Source of the DNA: Eledone cirrhosa
Taxonomy: Eukaryota
Length of the DNA: 64,000 nt
Reading direction: 5' to 3'
Assembly: GCA_964016885.1 (NCBI GenBank)
Contig: OZ024742.1
Span: 150,598,001-150,662,000, forward strand
The position numbers and the translations under genes were made by a program. Within the stretch, counting starts at the first letter, position 1. Each line of letters begins with the position of its first letter. This document shows positions 28,748 through 40,532 of this stretch, one piece after another. Under the pieces are notes generated by a model. That model searched no databases. It was given only the letters and a program-made list of their open reading frames with translations, and had not been told where the DNA came from.

Positions 28748-28751
<4 letters not shown>
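26772..28751 (+). repeat. Inverted continuation of the 310-bp array (about 6.4 copies)
   Basis: Reverse complement of the unit; ends in (TA)n at 28751. Confidence 0.97.
27035..27077 (+). ncRNA. Type I hammerhead ribozyme, first of 6 plus-strand copies (27035, 27345, 27655, 27965, 28275, 28585)
   Basis: gtagtc ctgatga tttctaacaagaat gaa acgcgt a gattac; predicted cleavage 3' of A27071. Confidence 0.85.
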
Positions 28752-28786
<35 letters not shown>

Positions 28787-28996
28787 TTTAGCTTCTAAAG
28801 AATTTCCCTTTTCTTTAAACCATTGAACCCCACCCATCCTGTAGACACCTGTCTTACAGGCATTGTTAGTCTAAGCGATAAACAAGGATTGGTATTCAAA
28901 TTTTGAACTTGCTTACTGTATTCTTTCTATACATATATAGACACACACACAAGCATATATATATATATGGGAGCGTGTGTGTGTGTGTATATATAT

Positions 28997-29870
28997 ATGT
29001 ATTTAATTATATCTCATATAAAATAATACAGCCGGCTATCTGCAAAATACAATATAGTTAGCACCCCAAACATATAATTAGGGTTATACTCAGGTATATC
29101 CTAATGTTTGTTGAGTGAGATGGATGTCGGTCGGAATATTGCTTAAAGCTTTCTCTGTTAATGTATTAAGTATTATACTCTTGAATGGCCGGAGATGAAA
29201 ATTCCAGATATCTAGGTATGACTTTATTTATTCTTTGTATGAAGTATTGATTGTTTTACTTGTATCTCATGTCCGATTTTGCCTGAAAAAATACATCTAT
29301 GTGTGTATAAATAATACATACATATATTTACTTTTTTAATATCCAATTGAGTTCTTCACGCGTGGTTAAAATTCATGACAGAATTAATTGACCTACGTAT
29401 ATATTATTTTATGTTTTACGATGACCTCCCCTTCCCGTTTGGGGACAGTGTGAAATTTCTTTTTGAGAGACTGCTGGAATTTCAAATTTGGCGGTCATTC
29501 TAGCACTGACGGGGACCATCGCTGAATATTAATATCAGTATGGTTTTTTATATTGATATTGGTGGGCATCCACTGATGAGTTATAAGTGCCCACCTGCAT
29601 GTATACCTGTGGACTATATTCAGGCTTCTACATAACCTGGACATTATTTTCCCAATTTGTAGAAAACTTATAACGAAACAATCGTTTGGAAGGAGAGATG
29701 TATTTAATTATGTCTCATATAAAATAATACAGCCGGCTATCTGCAAAATACAATATAGTTAGCACCCCAAACATATAATTAGGGTTATACTCAGGTATAT
29801 CCTATTGTTTGTTGAGTGAGATGGATGTCGGTCGGAGTATTGCTTAAAGCTTTTTCTGTTAATGTATTAA
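28997..29870 (+). mobile_element. 1.25-copy 701-bp element with 173-bp terminal direct repeats, retrozyme or non-autonomous Penelope-like
   Basis: 28997-29169 nearly equals 29698-29870 with a few mismatches; (TA)n on both sides; internal HHR; no ORF. Confidence 0.75.
29569..29690 (+). ncRNA. Type I hammerhead ribozyme with 77-nt loop II insertion
   Basis: TCCA-CTGATGA-GTTATAAGT-[77 nt]-ACTTATAAC-GAA ACAATCGT T-TGGA. Perfect 9-bp stem II with G10.1-C11.1, 4-bp stem I, GUU triplet. Confidence 0.8.
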
Positions 29871-29902
29871 ATATATATATTTATATATATATATATATAT
29901 AT

Positions 29903-30090
29903 ATAACGAAGTAGGTGTGGTAAGGAACCAGATGGACCATAATGTAGGGTGGTAGAGTGCGTAATAGCAAAATGTTTAACCCTGACGGCAGAGCTCAAGC
30001 AATTTCGACGGCTATTTCTGGACTGAAATAGTCCAGAAATAGCCGTCGAAACGACTTGAGTTCTGCCGTCGGGGTTAAACATTTTGCTAT
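29903..30090 (-). mobile_element. Family H hairpin element (a partial copy lies at 30721-30780)
   Basis: Homologous to 17070-17273 in reverse orientation. Confidence 0.7.
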
Positions 30091-30104
30091 ATATATATAT
30101 CGAT

Positions 30105-30419
<315 letters not shown>

Positions 30420-30472
30420 GTATATATATATATATATATGTATATATATTTATATATGTATATATATATATG

Positions 30473-30688
30473 TGAAGGCGTGTGGCTGTGTGGTTAGAGA
30501 ATTGGATTCGCAATCGTAAGGTTGTGAGTTCGATTCCTGGACCAGGTGATGCGTTATGTCCTTGAGCAAGACACTTTATTTCACGTTGCTCCTTCTACCT
30601 GGAGTTGCGACCGATAGATAGTATTAGCAATTGGAAAGACCAACGGAAACATTGTTCCCTCGGTCCGATTTGACGAAAGTCGATCGTT

Positions 30689-30690
<2 letters not shown>
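30473..30690 (+). mobile_element. SINE family B, same subfamily, divergently oriented
   Basis: gaaggcgtgtggctgtgtggttagag...gtgagttcgattcc...ccttgagcaagacactttatttcacgttgctcc. Confidence 0.85.
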
Positions 30691-30724
<34 letters not shown>

Positions 30725-30825
30725 AAAAAGTATGACCCCGACGACAGAGCTCAAGCCGTTTCGACGGCTATTTCTTCTGGATATATATATATATTGTACA
30801 GCAAACCATGTTAATCTTCATTCTT

Positions 30826-30864
<39 letters not shown>

Positions 30865-30880
30865 AATAATAATAATAGTA

Positions 30881-32190
30881 ACCTACAGTTACAATGTCAT
30901 CAACTGGTCAAGCACAGAAATTCGAAAACTCTTAACCATGCACAGAATGCATCACCCTAAGGTAGATATAAATAGAATATATCTCCCTAGGAAAGAAGGA
31001 GGACGTGGGTTAATCCAGTTAGACATTGCATTGAAAACTGCAACAATTGGATTATCTACATATCTAAGGGAATCACATAATTGGATGATCAAACTCGTTT
31101 TGAAACACGAAAGCATCAAAAGATCATATTCCATTACAAAAGATGCACAAAGATACAGTAATGGACTACAAATTTCAGAAGTCCCATTTACTACTGCTGA
31201 AATGGAAAACACAGAAAAAGCAAAGCAGGTAAAAGTAACTGCAAAGAAAGAACTGCTACAGAAACTGGCTAAGAAATGGCAAGAAAAGCCTCTGTATGGA
31301 AAATACCCAGAACGAGCTAACAATCCTGATGTTGACAAAACTTTAACCCATCAGTGGTTGGCATCCTCTGGACTGAAATCGGAGACTGAAGGACTGATTA
31401 TATCAGCACAAGATCAGTGTCTGCCAACAAAAAATTACCAAGCCAACATAATAAAAAATGGATGCAGCCCATTATGCCGTGTATGCAAAAAAACAACCAG
31501 AGACCATTGACCATATAATTTCAATGTGCAGTCCTATAGCTCCAACCGAATACCTAAACAGGCATGACAGAGCTGCACAATACATACATTGAATAATGTG
31601 TAAGCATTTTGACCTGCCCCATCAAAAGAATTGGTAGGAGCATCAACCACCTCCCATACTTGAAAAAGATCACATCTCAATCTTGTGGAACTTTAGCATC
31701 CAAACAGACCGAAAAATAGATGCAAATAGACCTGATATAATATTGAAGGACTTTCAAAAGAGGGTATGCCTGCTAATTGATATGTGCGTTCCAATAGACA
31801 AGAATGTATCTATAAAAACATTTGAAAAATTGAGCAAGTATAAGGACCTGGAGATAGAAATTGGAAAAATGTGGAAATTGAGAACTAAAACAATGCCAGT
31901 GGTTGTAGGCGCTCTGGGAATGATACCTAAGGGGTCTAATGATTACTTATCGCAAATCCCAGGAAACCCGCGTATAGGAGAAATACAAAAGATAGTAGTA
32001 ATGGGAACAGATTCTGTCAATATAAGTACATCACAAGTCTAAACACTAAAGATGCATGTGTGAGTATGTATATTCTTTCTTGAACATGGCGGACCTTGTT
32101 GTCTCTTGAGGTCACTGGTTGTGACTTGGTGATAACTCGTATGAACATAAAGCAAGATAAATGCAACTGTAATAATAATAATAATAATAA
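30881..32190 (+). mobile_element. 5'-truncated R4/Dong-like LINE (family 2), inactivated, in (TAA)n
   Basis: RIYLPRKEGGRGL, SETEGLIISAQDQ, CRVC zinc knuckle, ANRPDII and KLSKYKDL RLE motifs; frameshift and stops; (TAA)n on both sides. Confidence 0.9.
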
Positions 32191-32210
32191 TAATTGTTTC
32201 TACTTTTGGC

Positions 32211-32272
32211 ACAAGGCCAACAATTACCCAATCCATTACTGGTACGTTATTCTATCGACCCCGGAAGGATGA

Positions 32273-32273
<1 letters not shown>
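32211..32273 (-). mobile_element. SINE family A 3' fragment within (TAA)n
   Basis: aattgtttctacttttggcacaaggcc...tatcgaccccggaaggatgaaa. Confidence 0.7.
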
Positions 32274-32317
<44 letters not shown>

Positions 32318-32322
<5 letters not shown>

Positions 32323-33183
32323 TCCTGATGTTGACAAAACTTTAACCCATCAGTGGTTGGCATCCTCTGGACTGAAATCGGAGACTGAAGGACTGATTAT
32401 ATCGGCACAAGATCAGTGTCTGCCAACAAAAAATTACCAAGCCAACATAATAAAAAATGGGCGCAGCCCATTATGCCGAGTATGCAAAAAACAACCAGAG
32501 ACCATTGACCATATAATTTCAATGTGCAGTCCTATAGCTCCAACCGAATACCTAAACAGGCATGACAGAGCTGCACAATACATACATTGGATAATGTGTA
32601 AGCATTTTGACCTGCCCCATCAAAAGAATTGGTGGGAGCATCAACCACCTCCCATACTTGAAAAAGATCACATCTCAATCTTGTGGAACTTTAGCATCCA
32701 AACAGACCGAAAAATAGATGCAAACAGACCTGATATAATATTGAAAGACTTTCAAAAGAGGGTATGCCTGCTAATTGATATGTCTGTTCCAATAGACAAG
32801 AATGTATCTATAAAAACATTTAAAAAATTGAGCAAGTATAAGGACCTGGAGATAGAAATTGGAAAAATGTGGAAATTGAGAACTAAAACAATACCAGTGG
32901 TTATAGGCGCTCTGGGAATGATACCTAAGGGGTCTAATGATTACTTATCGCAAATCCCAGGAAACCCGCGTATAGGAGAAATACAAAAGATAGTACTAAT
33001 GGGAACTGCCCATATACTAAGGAAGATTCTGTCAATATAAGTACATCACAAGTCTAAAAACTAAAGATGCATGTGTGAATATGTATGTTCTTTCTTGAAC
33101 ATGGAGGACCTTGTTGTCTCTTGAGGTCACTGGTTGTGACTTGGTGATAACTCGTATGAACATAAAGCAAGATTAATGCAACT

Positions 33184-33185
<2 letters not shown>
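32318..33185 (+). mobile_element. Second, shorter copy of R4/Dong-like family 2 with (TAA)n tail
   Basis: Open ORF 32357-33040 (CRVC..ETIDHIISMC, RHD, NRPD, KYKDL); near-identical to 31320-32190; tail 33186-33233. Confidence 0.9.
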
Positions 33186-33234
<49 letters not shown>

Positions 33235-33419
33235 GTAAGTTTTTGATTTTTAACATATTTAAATCAGTTGTGAAATAACAATTCTTAGTACAAATGATAC
33301 ATAAAGCATCCGACTTAAGTCTCAGAAAAATTCGGATCCATAATATATTGTTATATCGCTCAAATATTCAATTTTGTATTATACATTTTATATTCAAAAA
33401 AGAAAATGGTTATAAATGG

Positions 33420-34240
33420 AAGAAAACCCCCTCTGTCTACACTATATAGAACAGCCAAATAACAGCAATTTCACCAACACCAGAAACTAGATACACCACC
33501 TACCTCATCACCCCTCTGTGTACACTACATACAACAGCCAGATAACGGCAATTTCACCACCACCACCACCACCAATCTCAGCATAATAATAATTACTATT
33601 ATTATTGTCTCAATTTTTAACAAAATGTTTAATTCCAATATTAAGAAAATATGTCAACACATATACGCGACTAACCCCATAGATTCACCGATCAAACAAA
33701 AATACAGTCTATTCAACAAAACTCAGTAACGACAACGCCATCACTACAGTCACTGCCGCTACCACCCATCCATCATTACTACCACTATCCCATCACCACC
33801 ACCACCACTCCTTCATTGCTACCACCGCTATCCCCCCATTACCTTCTGTTAACTTACGAAAGGGGAAGGTGGCGGTATCACTAGACAATATTAATAAACA
33901 AGATTAATATTTAATTTTGGATCAGGAATGTTAGAGTCGAAAAGGAGAAAAATGGCAAAATGACTAAATAGCTAAATATAATTTCACCACCAACACCACC
34001 ACCACTACCACGATGAAAACTCTGGTCAAGTCGACTCAACCGCTATTTCTACTCCAACTTCAACACCATCACTACAGTACTACGATCACATCACCACCAC
34101 CACTGCCTCATTATCGCTACCGCCGCTATTCTCTCCAACTACCTCCTGCTAGTTGCTGCTAGTACAGCACCGCCACCACCACCACCACCACTGCCTCATT
34201 ATCACTACCGCCGCTATTCTCTCCCGCTACCCCCTGCTAC
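33420..34240. repeat. CAC/ACT-rich low-complexity region with short duplications
   Basis: (CAC)n runs; repeated cccctctgt...acacta and cactgcctcattatc...cgccgctattctctcc. Confidence 0.65.
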
Positions 34241-34599
34241 ATCGTAGTGTCCCCACTAAAAGAGGAAGGCATCAAAATATATAAATAGACTGAATTGATG
34301 ACCCGGTCAAAATCAAAAAAACAAAAATCAAAATCAAAGCAGCACAGCAACAACGAAAAACGTAAAGAAAAGAAAAATGAAGAGAAAAACAAACAGACGG
34401 ACAGAGAAGGGAAGGGAAAAACTAAGTCAGACATTCAAACATTACATTACAATGAAACTTATGCTTATTCATTTTGGGGGGGTTTTTTGCCTGTTTGTTT
34501 GTTTGTTTATTTATGTTCGTCTACAGCGTGATAATGCCACACAAAAATCACCGGGAGTGACGAAATCACCGGAGGTGATGAAATCACCGGTGGTTATGT

Positions 34600-37500
34600 A
34601 ACCATACATTCGCCAATCCTCGATAAGAGTGTTTAAATGTCGAACCTAAACAGTTTGAATAACGGTGAAATGGAGACTAGAATGTCATGTGACAGACTCT
34701 CACCCAACAGGTGCTCCCTGGCTCAGCAGCAGGGACCTGGCTGTCAACCAAATACTGCTGGTGTCGGAGGAAGAAGAGGAAGGAAAGGGACCAGAACCAA
34801 CTGGACGAAAGAATTGAATAGAACTGTTATGCAATGTTACCTGAAGAGTAACCCCAAGGAGAAAGGCTATAGGAAACGGATGCATAACATCTGGAACGAG
34901 ATTGGTCTATTTAAATTAGATGAACAAAAATTGGCCGGGCAGGCTCGGGTAATAAGAACTAATGGGTGGATAAGCGAGCTGGAACTGGAGGAACTGAGCA
35001 GAGAGATTAGCTTGGAGATGGAGAGTGGAGTATGCCAGGCAAACGAGCCAGTGGGAAATGAAGGTGAAGAGGTCGAGAGAACGGAGGAACCACCCGAAGC
35101 AGACAATGATCTGAATGCTGAGATAAATAATACCTGGAACAGAGATACAGCCACTGAGGAGATGAATGCTGACGGGCTAGGACAAGATTTGGTTGATATC
35201 CTAAACTTAGTGGTAGATGAATTGAACAATGATAGTGGGAGACCTATGAACCTAAGATTTGTAGACAGGAAAAAGTTAAAAGAAACAACAGCTAAGGTAA
35301 ACAAAGTCATCCCATACCTTGAGGCGAGGAGCCTTCACCAGTGCAACAATATCCTCAAAGCAACAGCAAATACGGTGAGGAAACTGCTTGGTATAAAAGC
35401 GAGAGGAAACAACAGACATGAAAGACCAGAGCCTTGGTGGAAGAAACGACTGAGTGGTCAAATCAGGGAAATGAGAAATGACATTGGAAAGCTTGAGTCC
35501 CTACTGAATGGGACACTAAAAACAGAGACACTAAAAATAGACTGGAAATAAAGTACAAAACTAGGAGGAAAAAGCTAAATATTATCATAGAGGAACTGAA
35601 GCAACGCATTGTAGCAAAGAGTGCAAAAATCAGGCGATACGAGAACAGAGTCAGTCAGTATAGACAGAACCGCATGTTCGACAACAAGCAGAAGATGCTG
35701 TTTGGACAGCTTGAAGGGAAAGAAAGAGGCAACGACTTGATCCCTGAGGCGGAACAAACTAAAACATTCTGGAGAGGAATATGGGAGCAGGATGTTAAAC
35801 ATAATGACCAGGCAGTGTGGATTGAGACAGTACAGAAGGAGATTAGTGAACAGGCACACCAACAAACTGATTTGAGTATCACAGTTGAAACTCTTAAGGG
35901 GCAGGCCAAAAAATTAACCAACTGGAAATCACCAGGCCCAGATGGTGTGCAGGGTTATTGGATTAAAAATATAACATCCCTCCACCCGAAACTGACAACC
36001 ATGTTCAATGACTGCTTGATGTCAGGTGAGGTACCAGAGTGGTTGACAAAAGGTACCACAGTTCTGATAATGAAAGACCGAATCAAGGGTAATGATGTTA
36101 CCAACTATAGACCTATCACATGTCTGTCCGTAATGTGGAAACTGTTGACAAGCATTATGTCTGAGGAAATCTACCATCACCTCCACACAAACAACTTGTT
36201 ACCGGACGAACAGAAAGGATGCCGAAAGAAGTCACGTGGTACAAAGGACCAGTTACTTATTGATAAGATGGTAATGAGGAATTACAAGAGGAGACACACT
36301 GGTCTTGCCATGGGATGGATAGACTACAAAAAGGCATTTGACATGGTGCCTCATTCTTGGATCACCAAAAGCCTGGAGATCTTCAAGGTGGCAGATAACA
36401 TCAGACAGTTGTTGGGCAAAAGTATGAAGTCCTGGGAAACAGAGTTAACATCAACTGGAGAATCCTTGGGAAGCGTGAAGATAAAGAGAGGTATCTTCCA
36501 GGGAGATAGTCTGTCCCCTCTGTTGTTTGTCCTTGCCCTGATGTCCCTGACCAGTGTACTGCGAAAAGTGAGAGCAGGATACGGGTTGGGAAAGGGAGGG
36601 CTTACCATCAATCACCTCCTCTTCATGGACGATCTTAAGCTCTTCGGGAAGAGTGAGAAGGAGTTGGATGTGCTTGTTGACACTGTCCGTATTTTCAGCA
36701 ATAATATATGTATGCAATTTGGTATTAGTAAGTGTGGAGTCATTGTAATGAAGAGGGGTAAGTTGAGCAGAAGTAACGGAATCCAGGTACCTACAGGTGA
36801 GATGATAAAGGAAATTGACTCTGAAGAAGGATACAAGTATTTGGGTGTTCTGGAGGCTGATGACATCAAGAACAAAAAAAATGAAGGAATTGATAAGAAC
36901 TAAATACATTCGGAGAGTAAGGAGCGTATTAAAGTCACATCTGAACAGTAGGAATGCCATAAGTGCAGTAAATTCCCGAGCTGTGTCTATTATTAGGTAC
37001 AGTGCAGGAATTCTGAGATGGAATGTTGCTGAACAAAAAGAAATGGATAGGAAGACTAGGAAGCTATTGACTATCTACAACATGTTCCACAAGAGGAGTG
37101 ATGTCGATAGACTCTACTTAAGGAGATCTGAAGGTGGAAGAGGTCTTATCAGCATAGAGGACTGTGTTCAGATGGAGAAAAACAACCTACACAAATACGT
37201 GACTGATAGTAAGGAGCCAATGCTCAGAACTGTACTGAAGGATGGGACAATAGGCCAGGGGATGTCCAAGGAGGAAATAACATCAAGGAGAAAGAGCAGC
37301 CTTCAGGAAAAATCCCTTCATAGTACCTTCTTTGAGAAAACTGAATTTAGAGATCCACAGACATGGAACTGGTTAAAAAGAGGAGACCTTAAAAAGGCTA
37401 CAGAAGGAATGTTAATGGCTGCGCAGGAGCAGGCGCTCAAAACGAAGTGGTTGAAACACCATATTTACAAGGAGGAGGCTAGCCCACTGTGCAGGATCTG

Positions 37501-38135
37501 TGGTGAGAGAGAGGAGACTGTGGCTCACATTGTATCCGAGTGTAAACACCTAGCCCAGACTCACTATAAGGGCTGGAGGCATGATGTAATGGGCAGGGTG
37601 ATCCACTGGCACCTATGCAAAGTAAACAATTTACCACATTCTGAGAAGTGGTATGAGCATAAGCCAGAGTCGGTGATAAAAACGATCAGGTGAAGGTGCT
37701 GTGGGATTTTAGGATACAGACGGACAAGAAACTGGAACACAATAGACCTGACCTGGTGGTTGTAGACAAAGAAAAAAGTTCGTGCCTGATTGTGGATGTG
37801 GCCTGCCCATTCGAAACGGGAGTGCAAGAGAAGGAGAGGGAGAAAATTAACCGATACCAGGACTTAAAGTGGGAGGTAAAAAGGATTTGGAACTGCCATG
37901 AAGTCAAAGTGATCCCGATTGTCATAGGCGCCCTAGGGACTATCTCAAAAAGTTTCCAGGGATGGTTAAAGAAAATTGGCCCCTTCACGCTTTTTGGAAC
38001 GCTTCAAAAGGCATGCTTGCTGGGAACAGCAAGAACCCTCCGATACGTCCTGAATATCTGAGGCTGCAGGTAGTGGCTTGATATTCATTTCAACAAACTT
38101 TCCAGTTAACTAACATCAATGACTGAGACTCAAAG
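34600..38135 (+). mobile_element. Near full-length R4/Dong-clade non-LTR retrotransposon (family 1), single ORF broken by three frameshifts
   Basis: N-terminal RTNWTKELNRTVMQCY; RT motifs KSPGPDG, YRPITCL, IDYKKAFD, GIFQGDSLSP, FMDDLK, YKYLG; CRIC..ETVAHIVSEC; RHD; NRPDLV and KINRYQDL RLE; (TAA)n tail at 38136-38160. Confidence 0.93.
34637..38061 (+). pseudogene. RT-RLE polyprotein pseudogene of the R4/Dong element
   Basis: Consecutive ORFs 34637-35551, 35674-36903, 36815-37693 and 37690-38061 in different frames. Confidence 0.88.
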
Positions 38136-38239
38136 AATAATAATAATAGTAATAATAATAAATTTGAAGACTAAAATCCAAAGAGGGCTCGATAAGGATA
38201 AATATATATCAAATATATAAGAACCGTAGAGCAAATATT

Positions 38240-38665
38240 TATTAAAATAACAGATTAAAGTTTAAGCAAAGAATCGCTGCTTTCACCCTTAACGGGATCT
38301 TCTGAAACTAACAACGCTCCACATATGACGTATTATCTTCGTTTTTTTTCGTTCATTGCCAGAGAACGTCTCTATGAACCATCTAAGAGAACATTAGTCT
38401 ACGACCTCTTTTATACCATAAACGTGGTTCTGTCTTTGCGCGTAATTGTTTTTCACCGCTCCTATTAATGACGTATTATATTCGTTTTTTCCCGTTCTTT
38501 GCCAGGGAACGTTTCCACGAATCAAAGTATCGTCTTCCTGTCTTCTTCCGGTTGCAACGTTTTTTTGAAATATCCACTTCTGCGTTTACAGATTGACTTT
38601 GTTAGTTTCAGAAGATCCCGTTAAGGGTGAAAGCAGCGATTCTTTGCTTAAACTTTAATCTGTTA

Positions 38666-38673
<8 letters not shown>
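38240..38673. repeat. Perfect 75-bp inverted repeats (38240-38314 / 38599-38673) around an internal ~45-bp direct repeat
   Basis: Arms are exact reverse complements; atgacgtattat...ttgccag occurs at about 38326 and 38468; right arm abuts (TA)n. Confidence 0.85.
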
Positions 38674-38724
<51 letters not shown>

Positions 38725-38728
<4 letters not shown>

Positions 38729-39332
38729 ACAGGGAGAAAGAGACGATTATGAGGAAGAAAAAAATTCTTTTTTCTTTTTTTGTTTCTCTCTCTCTTTTTT
38801 CTGGGTTAGAAAATGATTAAAACGAAATGTTTTACTTTGTGTGAAGTGTTAAGGTATTAGTTGATGTATTTATTATTTGACAATGGCATTTATTTATCTA
38901 TTTATATATTTAATTATTGTCTATTACCGGTTTCAGCATTTATATGCATTATCAAATGATAGTGAAATGTATTAGTGTGGTGTCGCACATGTTAAAGAGA
39001 AGGTGCAGAAAGAATAATGTTATATACAAACAAGGTTTAAGAATTGAAAAGAAAAAAGAAAAAGGAAAAAAAAAACGTGCATAATGTGGAACGTAAAAAG
39101 TCAATGTGGAAGGAAAAATGTTATTTACAAGCACACAATAATTAAATAATTAAATATATAAATAGATAAATAAATGCCATTGCTAAATAATAAATAAATC
39201 AACTAATACCTTAACACTTCACACAAAGTAAAACATTTCGTTTTAATCATTTTCTAACCCAGAAAAAAGAGAGAGAAACAAAAAAGGAAAAAAAAATATT
39301 TTTCTTCCTCATAATCGTCTCTTTCTCCTTGT

Positions 39333-39336
<4 letters not shown>
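38725..39336. repeat. About 200-bp inverted repeats (38725-38920 / 39135-39336) between (TA)n tracts
   Basis: Arms are near reverse complements. Confidence 0.9.
38921..38964 (-). ncRNA. Minimal hammerhead-like motif with U3-A8 in place of C3-G8
   Basis: Minus strand cactatcat-TTGATAA-T GCAT ATAA ATGC T-GAA ACCGGT A-atag. Palindromic stem III; stem I weak or bulged. Confidence 0.55.
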
Positions 39337-39376
<40 letters not shown>

Positions 39377-39407
39377 TAACTCGTGTGCTTCCTCTCCACA
39401 TTTTATT

Positions 39408-39527
39408 CTGAGTTCAAATCCCGTCGAGGTTGACTTTGCCTTTCATCCTTACGGGGTCGATAAAATAAAGTACCAGTAATGCATTGGGTAATTGCTGGCC
39501 TTGTGCCTAACGTAGAAACAATTATTA
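39408..39527 (+). mobile_element. SINE family A, 5'-truncated
   Basis: ctgagttcaaatcccgtcgaggttgactttgcctttcatcc...gtagaaacaatt. Confidence 0.8.
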
Positions 39528-39601
39528 TATATATATATATATATATAGTTAAAGAATGAAGATTAACATGGTTGGCTGTACAATAAGGGCTTTATTTAAA
39601 G

Positions 39602-39705
39602 TACTGACAATTGTTTCGTTGATCATGTGGGTCTAGAGTTCGCTAATCGCTTGATGTTATTCGATCTCCAATACATTATTCACCTATGGTCAACACATCA
39701 GAGTA
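39602..39705 (-). ncRNA. Hammerhead-like motif with long loop II (A9U)
   Basis: Minus strand TACT-CTGATGT-GTTGACCAT...ATGATCAAC-GAA ACAATTGT C-AGTA, then AATAAA, and (TA)n about 50 nt further. Confidence 0.6.
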
Positions 39706-40532
39706 TGTAGATATGAAAATAATTCACTCGAGGCAAGACTTCTAGAGAAATAGTGTAATTTAGAACTACTACATATTTTAAGGTACGATGGGATGCTGCT
39801 TAACAGGCAAAATAGAAAGATCTATTTGTAGACATCTATCTGTAGACATAAAATAGCTACTAGATTCACAAACTTTAAACAACCATGAATTGAACCAGCA
39901 ATTCCAAAATTAGTACTGAACCACCTAGAATCCAGAGTCAGGTTCGATCTACAAATAGATCGCTCCTCGAACTGTTCGCCGGAGAAACAATTGTAATACG
40001 TTAATAAATTGTGTTCCGATGCATCAGTGATTCTTCGTTTTCCATATTATTATACTCTGCTCCGAAGGAGCATAGAGTGCTCAACTGGCATACCGCCTAT
40101 GGAAGCATCCAAGCAGCCTTACTACAAATATATATATATATATACAATATCAATTATATCCCTAGGGATATTTGTACAAGTTGAAAATATCTTATGTATA
40201 CATATATATATAAATATATATATGTACATGCACACATATACACGCATTCCCATAGAGTGTGAAAGACCAAACGTCATTATTGAAAGTCTCTGGATTTCGC
40301 AAAATACATATTTTTTATTGGAGAAAGTAAGATATTTTTCCGCAAAAATTTGATTGCTAGTTTTGTTACCACTTATGTATTTTTTGAAAATGTTATTTAT
40401 TCATAATAAAAATTAAATGATAGCATTCTATATGTAGGTGGGCCCCCTTCATCTCCTGGCAACCAATATTTTTAGACCCAGTCCGCTACTGTATGTATGT
40501 ACTGTATGTATTTATGTATGTATTTATGTATG

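Noticed and set aside
17292-28751. CRISPR array, rDNA or coding tandem repeat
   Set aside because: Units are identical with no variable spacers, there are no rRNA motifs and no ORF of 60 aa or more, and the context is eukaryotic.
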